A stretch of DNA of 64,000 nt from Leucoraja ocellata. Taxonomy: Eukaryota. Made by a program: the position numbers and the translations under genes. This document shows positions 51,201-61,739 of this stretch, in pieces; within the stretch, counting starts at the first letter, position 1; each line of letters opens with the position of its first letter. The stretch is from the NCBI GenBank assembly GCA_036785375.1, contig JAWMAR010000026.1, positions 248,001 through 312,000 on the forward strand. Reading direction: 5' to 3'. The notes below the pieces were generated by a model that saw only the letters and a program-made list of their open reading frames with translations, was not told the origin of the DNA and did not search any database.

Positions 51201-51946
51201 AGGGAAACATGGAAAACTGAAGGTCAATATACAGACACGTCCTAAAGGAATGCACCGAAACTCATTCGCATTCAGCTTTCAAAGCACTGCTGCAGCATGA
51301 TGAAAGATCAGTGGAAAAATAAAAAAGAGGGACCTCAGAGTCTTTCCTTCACCCAATCTACCTACCTCTTCTCAGCAAAACTGTGAGATGGTGCATTTTA
51401 AAAGCAAACTCCATAGTGAGAAGCGGCTGATACAATTTACTAATGCACTGCCGCATCAAAAAAGGCAAACAACACCATGCAAAGGGATTTCATTTCTACC
51501 AGTGGGGGTAGAGGCATCAGGATACCTTATTGGATGGACATGTATCTTATAATACAGCCTTTTGGAATGGTAGTGGAACTTGTTTTGAAGCATAATGTTA
51601 AAATATCGTTAAATTAATAATACATTTTTGGTAATATAAGCTACTAAATATCGTAAAATAATAAATGGTTGAAAAATTACCATTTGGTGCATAGAACAAA
51701 TTAATGGATTTGTGTGAACATACAGCAACTTGCTAGTAAAGTTACCGAACCTGTTTCTTGACATTATGTAACTAAGGGAGTAGGCTCGAGTGTGTTATTC
51801 ATTTTGACGATGTAGTCTAATCAAAGAACAATTCTTAAAAAGGACGTGTTTAGGCATAGGTTTTATTACAGTCATGTATACCGAGGTACAGCGCAAAACC
51901 TAGTTTTGCATGCTATCTACTTAAATCAGATGCATGTAATACTAAA

Positions 51947-52233
51947 CATGTGATGCAGTGGTAGTGTTGCTGCCTTACAGCAACAGAGACCCGGGTTCGA
52001 TCCTGACTGTGGGTGCTGTGTATACGGGGTTTGTACGTTCTCCCCAAAACCTCGTGAATTATCTCTGGGTGCTGTGGTTTCCTCCCACATCCCAAAGACG
52101 GACAGGTTTGTCGGTTAATTGGCTTCTGCAAATTGTCGCCAGTGTGTAGGACAAAACTAGTGTATGGGTGATTGTTGGTCAGCGCGGTCTCGGAGGGCTA
52201 AAGGCCCTGTTTCCACGCTGTATCTTTAAAAAT
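51947..52233 (+). mobile_element. V-SINE
   Basis: CCCGGGTTCGATCCTG B box, core and tail. Confidence 0.85.
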
Positions 52234-53022
52234 AAAGTACCGCAGGAGTGTAGCCTCGGGATTCATGGCCTTAGTTGCAGCAGCTTCCTCTCTCTCTACT
52301 TGATGGGGCAAATCCTGGCAGCCAGGTTTCAAGGTCACAATACCATATGGGGCTGCAAATGTGGGGAAAACCATGGTCAGATCCAAGATTGAGCCATGAT
52401 CCAAATCTAGCATGATGAAGCCAATGTAATCATACTCAGGTACTTGGAGAAAAATTAACATAACCACTATTGGGCAGGATAATGTCACAACCAATTTTCA
52501 TTCAGCTGGTTAACTCTTCATGGATAAATAAACAGCCAAAATCTGGGAGATTATTTAACCTTAACGAATTGCTGCATTCATAAACGGATGGATAATCGGA
52601 TAGAAAACTACATATTTAAGTTTAGTTCAACAATTTAGTTCAAATTGGGATTGTATTTAACACCAACATTGCGGGCTGAAGGACCTGATCCTGTGCTGCA
52701 CTGTTCTATATCCTTTATGTCAATGATACAATTATAAGTACAATAAACACTGGAGGGAGAAGTATTAAATTACAAGAATATTAATGGATTGGGCAAATAT
52801 TGGCAAATAGATTTCTAAGTGGGGTAATAGAAAGTCCTTCCATTGGGAATGCTCTGAGCATGTTTAAACAGCACATCCTAAATTGGATATATTTGTCTTC
52901 ACATGATAAGAACATTCCATAATTAGGTTTCCTCAAATTGGGTTTGGAATGGCTGGAATTCAGAAAGATTTGATGAAAAATTTGATGAAAAATTTCAAGC
53001 ATAATAGCATATTATATTTTCT

Positions 53023-53236
53023 GAAGATAGACACAAAAAGCTGGAGTAACTCAGCGGGACAGGCAGCATCTCTGGAGAGAAGGAATGGGTGACATTTCGG
53101 GTCAAGACCCTTCTTCAGACCGGCCCGAAACGTCACCCATTCCTGCTCTTCAGAGATGTTGCCTGTCCCGCTGAGTTACTCCAGCTTTTTGTGTCTATCT
53201 TCGGTTTAAACCAGCATCTGCAGTTCCTTCATACAC
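53023..53236. mobile_element. Young Penelope foldback (inverted pLTR pair plus unpaired tail)
   Basis: GAAGATAGACAC... pairs with ...GTGTCTATCTTC (53023-53202) over about 80 bp per arm; the tail 53203-53236 is on the plus arm only. Confidence 0.85.
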
Positions 53237-55134
53237 ATTTCTTACATATTATGTTTTCTTTCTGAAATATTACATTCCTTAAATAGTTCAATTAATAATT
53301 CCTTAAATTGATTATTCTGTTCATCTGTAATTCTTATAGCAGAGTTTGAGATAAATAAATTGAATATCAAAATTGCTTTCCTTTTTTTTATAATTTTGTT
53401 CTTTGTGTTAAATGCATAATATTTCATCCACTTAGTTTATGGTTAATGTTAACATAGACGTACAGCAGAAAAGGGGGCAATCAAATATTTTCGCGTCCAA
53501 ATATTTTGTTCACAAGCCAATTTGCTATATCTTGTGCTTATTTTCTGTTTGGAAACGTTTGTGTGCTCATGTCTAACTGGATTTACACTAAGCTGTAGCT
53601 TTTGTGGAAGATAAGACTTTAGTCTTGAAATAACTCCCTATCATCTATAATTATTCTATTTCTCTCACATGAACTCACTCGTATTCTCTCACACCCATGC
53701 TCAAACACACCCTGTTTATGCTTCCTATCGTGTTAATCTCTGGTGTTCTTGCATGTGAAACAGACTGTGATATTTTATCTTTAATACGCCTGTGCCTTTA
53801 AGACGATTACTCTTAAAAGGAAATTGTTGCTTAATCATGGAGGTCATTGAGGGTCAGATGTAATAGCTTGTAAAATTCAGGCTACATATCAGGGTTTGGT
53901 TTGCTTGTTATCCTGGAACATTGTTATCCTCCGTAACAAAGTGAGTTTGGAACATCACATATATAATACGATAGGAAGGTGCTGAATGCAAGAACTCTTA
54001 CTGTTTTAAGGAATATCTAAATAATACACATATATATATATATCACTACATTATCCAGTTGACTGGATAAGGTAAGATGTATCTTTTTAAGATAATATAT
54101 TTTTCAACTAGCCCAGATTACACATTTTTTCTTCACTTATTTCCATCATTGTGTTAAGATTCTTTCTTGATATTCTCCATTTGAAGTATAAAAAGGCACG
54201 ATTCATATCATGTCCCTATGTGCTCCCACAGTGGATTGTACATGCAAAATGCATGCATTGAGCATATTTTATATTCACTTTGGGGAGATGTTAAATTGGT
54301 TAAGCCCTTTTGAGTAATGAATGTATATTACAGCATTTCAAATGCATGTGCATGCATCTAGTCCCAACTTTGAAAATTACACATGGTAAAATTATCATCA
54401 TGTATTTTCTGATGATATAAAGTCCAGCATGCTCAGGACATTACCTTATTAATAGCATTCTGTCAACTCCAGTAAGCTTTGCATATTTGCATATTAAAGA
54501 GCTGGGTAAAGAAATACTTATTTTATTAGTCCAGCTCATAAATCAGTTTGCATTTCTCCATTAAACCTGTCTCAGCAAACTTGGGCAAAAATTGACTGGA
54601 ATCAAAATGCATGCACAACCGGGCATATAAATCGATCAGTCATTTGTTTAAAAACAAATTCTTCAGGTTATTGATGGGTTATTATGTTGTGCCTTTGGAA
54701 GGAAATGAAAAATGTATTAAAATGGAGAAAGAGTAAATGAAATGTTATGGAAAACTGATCCTATTCATCTGCAAATGCTTGTCCTGAATATAGTTCCGTT
54801 TGAAAAATATCTAAAATGTGTCACTTTGCAATTTTTCTTCCAAGCAATGTTTTTACAATCTTTCATAATCCTCCAAACATGTTTCCTGAAAAGTATATTG
54901 TAACTTGAATTTTAGTGAGAACTCATATTGTTTATCTCAGCTTCTTAATGCAGTGTGGTTAATTGACCTGTGGTAAAATTCCATGGGTCTGCCTCCTCCC
55001 TTTACTCATCCACATGTCTGCTAAATTTACGTAATCCTGAGCAGGTCTGTTTTGTTCGGTTGACCAACTATTTGGGCATCATAACATATATGAGTATTAA
55101 TCACAGCCATTTTTATTGCATGGATTGTAAAACC

Positions 55135-55275
55135 AATGAACTGCAGATGCTGGGCTACAAAAAAAGACACAGAGTGCCTGAACAGGGTTTTAATCTGAAA
55201 CGTCACCCATCCATGTTCTCCATAGATGCTGCCTGACCCGCTGAGTTACTCCAGCATTTTGTATCATCTTTTGTT
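55135..55275. mobile_element. Penelope pLTR-derived inverted pair
   Basis: GAACTGCAGATGCTGG (minus tail) joined to TGAAACGTCACCC...CCAGCATTTTG (plus). Confidence 0.7.
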
Positions 55276-55933
55276 GTACGGATTATTCGTCCGAGGTCAT
55301 TAGACAAGGATGAGAAGCAGGAGTCGTAATTAATTTTATACTCATATAAAATGAGTCAGCTTAGCATATCGTATTGCACCCAAATCTCTTCCCATCCTCC
55401 TCTCCTTCCCCTGGCCCTCAACCCCATAACCCCCCCACCCCTCACCGCTCCTAAAGCCCACACATTTTCCCACCATCTCCCACCAACCCAGTCACTCTGC
55501 ATCTTACCACTCTCTATACACTTAAAAAAAATGGAATGTATCCGACGTAGCACGCAGAGAATCTGGGCACCAAGAGAGTACAGTGCTTCCTTAAAAACAC
55601 ATCCTTCTTTCAAATTACACTTGGTTCCTACTTATTTGCTGGGCTGCCAGAGAATGGGTTGGTCATTTGGCACTGGTTGCAAATGGATGCCAGATGGGAT
55701 TACTGCAAGAATTACGGTTCAAGTATTTTCCTGGTGAGCTCTGTTCTTTCAGCATGGTTTCCGGACTTGCATGCTGCTGAAGTTTTGGATCACGAGATCG
55801 GTTTTGGTTCGATTTTGGTTCGATAAAAGCTGCTTGTGTCCTCATATAATTATGGGTTACTTGTTACATGGGTATTAGAATTCTCATTGTTGAAAACTTG
55901 GTGCAAAGCATAATAAAATAAAGACAATGGTTT

Positions 55934-56864
55934 GTAAGTAAGTAAGTAAGTAAGTAATTAAAGTATCCTTTATTGTCAGACCTTCCAGTCTGAATGAAAT
56001 GTCGTGCCTTGCAGTCATAGATATAATAAAATAACAAAAACGCACAATAAACACAAATTTAACATCCACCACAATAAGTTCACCAGGCACCTCTTCACTG
56101 TGATGGAAGGCAAAAGTCTTAAAGTCTTTGTCTCTTCTCTCCTTGTTCTCCCTCTGCGCTGAGGTGATCCAGGCTTCCGATGTTGTGACCCCGCCGGGTG
56201 ATGGTAAGTATGTCAGTCCCGGGGCTGAATCCAAGCTCTACGAACGGACCGGTTCAAACTCCGCGGCCCGGGGTGGTCGAAGCTGCCGCCCTCCAGTCCA
56301 GCGGACGAAGCTGTTGATGCGGGAGCTCCGGAAAAACAGGTCACCAACCTGTGACCTGCGAGCTCCCGACGATGTCGTCCACTGGCCTGCGGCCGAGCCT
56401 CCGAGGCTCCGAAGTCGGGTCGCCACCGCCGGAACGCCGCCACAACCCCGAAGTCGGGCCACCGCCGGAACGCCGCCCCAGCCCCGAAGTCGGGCCGCCG
56501 CCGCCGGAACGCCGCCCCAGCCCCGAAGTCGGGCCGTTACCGCTGGAACACCGCCACAAACCTGAAGTCCGGCCACTGCCGGAACGCTGCCCCAGCCCCG
56601 AAGTCGGGCTAACGCCGCCACAACCCCGAAGTCGGCCAGCCTCGCGCAGGTAAGTCCTGGCTGGCTCTGCCTCCGGAGCCTTGAGGTCGGTCCCTGTTGG
56701 AGGCCGCCAGCTCCGCCATTAGGCCTCAGCGCAGACGGAGACGGACGGGGGATACGACAAGAAAAGGTCGCATTCCCCGAAGGAAGAGACTAAAACAAGT
56801 TTCTCCCACCACCCCCCCCCCCCCCCCCCCACCACACATACACAACCTAATAACTAAAATGAAC
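55934..56864 (-). mobile_element. Non-coding retroelement with (TTAC)n tail and 20-bp TSD
   Basis: TSD TAAAATAAAGACAATGGTTT at 55914-55933 and 56865-56884; minus-strand AATAAA followed by (TTAC)5. Confidence 0.9.
56408..56640. repeat. GC-rich 36-39 bp minisatellite (~6.5 units)
   Basis: CCCCGAAGTCGGGCC(GCC)nGGAACGCCGCC(C/A)CA(G/A). Confidence 0.9.
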
Positions 56865-56974
56865 TAAAATAAAGACAATGGTTTCACATTTTCTGCAGTG
56901 AACAGGAGGACACAGGTGGGTGAGTGTTAGAGCCAAGTGCTTGGATTTGTTCAGCAGTCTTGCAAGAATTGTTT

Positions 56975-57270
56975 TGTAGTATAGGCTAGAGATACAGCCT
57001 GAAAACAGGCCTTTCGGCCCACCGGGTCCGTACAAACCATGATTGCCTGTAACACTAGTTCTATCCTACACTCTAGGCACAATTTACTAAAGCCAATGAA
57101 CTTAAAAACTTGCACGTCTTTGGAATATGGGAGGAAACCAGAACATCCAGAGAAAACCCACGCGGTTGCAGGGAGAAAGTGCAAACTCCGTACAGACAGC
57201 ACCTGCAGTCAGAATCGAATCTGGGTGTCTGGCGCTGTAAGCAGCAACTCTACGCTGCCCCACTGCGCCG
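56975..57270 (-). mobile_element. V-SINE
   Basis: Tail, core and head on the minus strand. Confidence 0.85.
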
Positions 57271-57284
57271 CTCTAGTTGTCCGG

Positions 57285-57500
57285 AAAAAAAGACACAAAG
57301 TGCTGGAATAACTCAGCAGGTCAGGCAGCATCTCTGGAGATCATGGATAGGCAAATTTTTGGGTTATGGTCAGAAGAGACTGGGGGAAGGTTCTGACACG
57401 AAGCGTCCATTTCGTCCAGACGTGCTGCCTAACCTGCTTGAGTAACTCCAACACTTTGTGTCTTTTTTTGGTTAACCAGCATTTGTAATTCCTCCTGTAT
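57285..57500. mobile_element. Penelope pLTR-derived inverted pair
   Basis: AAAAAAAGACACAAAGTGCTGGA pairs with TCCAACACTTTGTGTCTTTTTTT, followed by the tail. Confidence 0.7.
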
Positions 57501-57917
57501 ACTGTTTGCAAGTTATTATCCTGTTGTGGTTGGCACTTCCACAGTTCTGGTTTATGTTAAGCTTGCGGCCTTATTTTTGGAAAGCAATTTTTCACATTTA
57601 TCTGCCATGTTCATGCCTGCCTGAAATTGTGTATTCTGTAGCTGTAATATTAAGATGAATGACAAGCACTCCTCCAATTATAGTCTCTTGGGCATCCTAA
57701 TCCCTGATTCTAATTGGTGCATCTTTGGTGGCAATGACTTCAACTGCCAAAACAGTCAACCTTTGTATTCTCTTCCATAATCACTCCTGTGTCCCTTTCC
57801 TCTTTTAGCATCAGCTTAAAACCTACCTGCATGCATGATCAGGAGCTCCAAAATTACCTCTTGTGAAACACAGTCAGATTTTGGCTGATAGTTTCTGTTG
57901 AAGAAGCCTGGGATAGT

Positions 57918-58310
57918 TCATATTTTGCTTGGGCAGCTTACTACCCAGCTGTATGAACATTGATTTCTCTAACTTCAAATAACCCTTGCATCCGCTCTCT
58001 CTCCATCCCTCTCCGAACCTAATCGTTGTACTAGTTTCACTGTCGTCTTGATGAGTTTCACTGCTTGTATGACTCGTTATGATCTTCCCCACAACCAACA
58101 ATGGACCATTGTGGACTCCACTTTTCCTTGATCGTCATTGCTGGCTTTGATCTGTCTTTTTGCATGTCTTTCATTAATTTGTTCTATGTACCTTTTCATG
58201 TATCTTGGTGCCCTCTACCCTGACTCTCAGTCTGAAGAAGGGTATCAACCCGAACGTCACCTATTCCTTATCTACAGTGTAAACCTGCAACTGCGGTTCC
58301 TTCCTACACA
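57918..58310 (+). mobile_element. Penelope-like 3' end: GIY-YIG tail, 3'UTR, pLTR
   Basis: Translates IFCLGSLLPSCMNIDFSNFK*; CTGAAGAAGGGTATCAACCCGAACGTC near 58231. Confidence 0.8.
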
Positions 58311-58742
58311 CATAGTTTATTACAGTGCAGAAGCTCCAGAAATGCAGCGAGTTGTTGTTTTGAAGTAGTATGTAAGCTTGCTATGAAGTGTGGTAAAATC
58401 TACCCTTCGATATTGCTAACGTTCTGTCAACATGGAACTTTTTAAGCAACAATTGAATAAACATGTAAAACTAAATCAATAACGCATAATAAGCCGTGGG
58501 CTTTTTCTGTGCTGAAAGAGGGATGAGGGCTTATTTCAAAAGAATACTGAAACTTATTCATTGGTTTTAAACCAAGTAATAAAGGAAAAAGATCCTGTTC
58601 CAAGCCTTGGTATCACATTAGGCAGAAGCAGGTCTTTATGTGGATTTATCTGTCCTCTGTGTATTGACTGTAAACCTACATAATATGCTAATGAAACCAT
58701 TTTCTATTACATTAAGAATGCAACTCTCAAGACTTTCTCCAA

Positions 58743-58803
58743 GGTTCAGTTGTAATAATAAGCATTAAACCTATGGTTCAGTTGTAATAAAAAACATTAA
58801 ACC
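58743..58803 (+). repeat. 32-bp tandem duplication
   Basis: GGTTCAGTTGTAATAA...CATTAAACC x2. Confidence 0.85.
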
Positions 58804-59324
58804 ACTGTACCTAAAAATCGTAAAGAAAATACAGTATTTCACAATAAGACGTGGTTAAGATTTATGGAGCAGCAAGACAGTCAACAAATAATCATCAGAA
58901 CTCGTTATGACATTCTATTACTGGTGTTGCAGCAAGATGAAGTGATGTGAAGCTGGACTGGTCATGCTTAGTGCAGTGTGTGTGTTCTGTAGATTTCCTT
59001 AGCACCTCCAGCGCTTCAGTTCAATGCATTTCCCTAATATATTGAGAAAACTCCTGGTTATGACGAAGTGCAACCCGTTGCTGTACATAGGACATAGTAC
59101 ATTCTGCCCACAGAGTCTATGTTTATAATTAATTTAAACTAATTAATGAACAGAAAGTTTTTTCCTATCTCGTCCCATATCTGGGAATGTTTCACAAATT
59201 TCTCTTTGGCTCACCTGGAGAGATGATACTGCTTATCATTAGAGAGCAGTTCTTGAATTTTGAGCACCCCTCCTCCCCCTTCTACCCCCCCACCCTCATC
59301 TTCCCAACTTTCCTCTATATTTCT

Positions 59325-59450
59325 ATGGGCAGGTGCATGAACAAGAAAGATATAGAGGGATTTGGGCCAAATGCAGACTGCATTAGATGTGGCATCTTTG
59401 TTGGCATGTGTGGGTTTGGCCGAAGGGCCTGTTTCCGTGCAGCATGACAC
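59325..59450 (+). mobile_element. CR1 (HER1-like) 3' tail
   Basis: GGCCGAAGGGCCTGTTTCCGTGC. Confidence 0.7.
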
Positions 59451-59651
59451 AATGGCTCCATAACTCTATTTGATCAGTTCTAGGGCAAAGGTCAGTGCTG
59501 CACTGAATCTTGCTTTCAAGTGATGCATCTTTTTTTTTGAATTGAACAATATTTTCCTGATTTAGAATTCCTGGATTACAGGAGAAATATTGACTTTTCA
59601 GAAAACTTGCTCTGCTCATTGTTTCTCCCACCCTTTTGTCTCATTAGTCAC

Positions 59652-59885
59652 TGTGGTATTATGCAATAATAGTGTAAGGCTGGGCAGACGGGCACTAGGA
59701 CCCTGTGTGACAGAAGCCAGGCTCCAGTAACCGGATGTGACTGGAACCCAGGGTGTGGGCAGTTATGGAGTTGCCTGGGCTGGCACATGAGGCTGTTACT
59801 GTTGCTGCTGCTGTACAGAGTTGTTAAATAAATATATACTCTGTTTACGTCGTCGTACGAGCCTCATTACAAGCATAACTCGACA
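59652..59885 (+). mobile_element. Solo LTR, 234 bp
   Basis: TGT...ACA termini with an imperfect 13-bp inverted repeat (TGTGGTATTATGC / GCATAACTCGACA), internal AATAAA, 5-bp TSD GTCAC at 59647-59651 and 59886-59890. Confidence 0.8.
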
Positions 59886-59890
59886 GTCAC

Positions 59891-60110
59891 TTAATCCATT
59901 TATCTGACAATCAACAGCCAGGCTTTATACCACCCCCACCTCCTTTTCCCAGCTTTCGTCCACCTACTATAATCAGTCTGAAGAAGGGTACTCTTGTCCC
60001 AAAATATCGCCTATCCATTCCCTCCACAAATGTTGTCTGACCTGTTGAGTTCCTCCAGCACTTTGAGTTTTGGTCAAGATTCCAGCATCTGCAATTCCTT
60101 GTGTCTCCAT
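59891..60110 (+). mobile_element. Penelope 3'UTR/pLTR fragment
   Basis: CAGTCTGAAGAAGGG...CCCAAAATATCGCC and the CCAGCATCTGCAATTCC tail. Confidence 0.7.
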
Positions 60111-60619
60111 TTTAAAGACAAATTTGACATTGTGTAATCACTAATTTCCAATTAACATTATAAATACAGATGCTTTGAACTGATACCGTTTCAAATGGTC
60201 ACAGAATAGCATAGAAACTGCCATCCTTTTTGCTTTTTCACTCTAATTCCATTTGCCTGCATTTGGACCATCTCTTCATTTGCCCTGCCTATTTAAGTAC
60301 CTGTCTGAATGTGTTGTAATGTTGTATTTGTATCTCATATGTTCTAATTTATATTAATGTTGCCTAAATTGAGATGGTCGAGCGTTTCAGAGTGTAAATT
60401 GCAGCAATAATTTGGCCTTGGCCAGCCACATCATAGCTACAGCTAAGAAACTGTTCATGCCATTCAGGTACTACTGATTTCTCCATAATTTTGGGCCCCC
60501 ATGTATAACTTGTAAAAAAGTTTTTTTTTTTTAATGTTGATGATTGTGAAATGTCCTATGTTGTTAAAGTAATGAAGGGATTCAAATGGATTAAGTAACT
60601 TCCTCTTGATACTAGTTTG

Positions 60620-60870
60620 ATAAGCGATGGTGATGACGAAAGAGAAAGCGAGTTTTCACTTGGACAGGTAAACTCAAGGGCATATGGAACAAGCTGTCAG
60701 AGGCGGTAACTGAAGCATTTAAAAGACAACTTGGACAGATGCATGCATAGGAAAGGTTGAGAGTAATATGGGTCAAACGTGGCAAATGGGACTAGCTTAA
60801 ATTTGGCATCTTGGTCGGTGTGGACGAGTTGCGCCGAAGGGCCGGTTTCCGTGCTGCAGGACTCTACGGT
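60620..60870 (+). mobile_element. CR1 (HER1-like) 3' tail
   Basis: TTTAAAAGACAACTTGGACAG...CCGAAGGGCCGGTTTCCGTGCTG. Confidence 0.75.
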
Positions 60871-61598
60871 AAATGTGGATTTTGAATTTTGAATCCAATA
60901 TCCTCTGCACTCAAATCCTCACGTGGAAAACAATCATAATCAACAATGGCTGTATTTAGTCTGTGAAAGTTGTAAATTTATTGGGAAAATAAAGATTCCT
61001 AGCTTTAACTACAAACACATTTGATGTCAAGTAAAAGTGGATATGGAACGGAACTTCACAATAACTCTAATTCGGTGCCATGTTGCAGTGAGCTGGCAAT
61101 ATGGGCAAATGGGTCTCTGATAATATTAAAATTCAAAAACCGTGCAGGTGCTGTAATTTTGAGCTTTCTTAATAGAAATTTCATGCAAATAGCCTTCTTT
61201 TCAATATAGCTTTCACCTTTCAATTGTGAATGTACTTTTTGTTGAAATTAATATGTTACTACACACTGCGGCTTGGTGTAACTTAACCCAACCACATTGG
61301 CCATGTGTGAGCAAAGCTGTCAGAGCTGAAAGAGATTGTCTCTTAATGGTGAGATGACCGGAAATGGTCAGTGTTCTAAACAAATAAAATCATGACCACA
61401 ACATCGCCATAGTCTGACCCTGACTGCCTTGTGCAGCATGTTAAATAACATGCTAAGAAAATACTGTTCCCTTTTTGGTCTGAGAGCAAAACAAAGCTTT
61501 AGTTCGTGTCCTCTGCGAACATTATCCACGTTTCATTATGCTGGAAAGGGTGCAGAGAAGGTTCATGAAAATGTTGCTGGGACTTGAGGCCCTGATCT

Positions 61599-61652
61599 GG
61601 GGTGGAAGATTGCAACCTTCACGTGGTCCGCCCTGTTTCGACTAATGCAATC
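61599..61652 (+). ncRNA. Minimal HDV-like (CPEB3-type) self-cleaving ribozyme, predicted
   Basis: P1 GGGGTGG/CCGCCCT, P2 GATTGCA/TGCAATC, P3 ACC/GGT, L3 TTCACGT, J1/4 GT, P4 reduced to TTCGA, J4/2 CTAA with candidate catalytic C at 61642. Confidence 0.85.
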
Positions 61653-61739
61653 AACTCGACGTGCACAAACGGAAGATCAAATAGAATAAGTTGTCCAACA
61701 ACTTTAGGCTGTGCACGCCACACGAAAGAAGAAGAAGAA
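61599..61739 (+). mobile_element. 141-bp non-autonomous retroposon with (GAA)n tail and 10-11 bp TSD
   Basis: (G)GCCCTGATCT at 61588-61598 and 61740-61750; ends CACGAAAGAAGAAGAAGAA; no tRNA A/B boxes seen. Confidence 0.9.

Noticed and set aside
56408-56640. Possible CRISPR array
   Set aside because: Contiguous tandem units without unique spacers, no cas genes, vertebrate context.
56128-56653. Pro/Arg-rich repeat ORFs as a gene
   Set aside because: They are translations of a minisatellite inside a TSD-flanked retroelement and are open on both strands.
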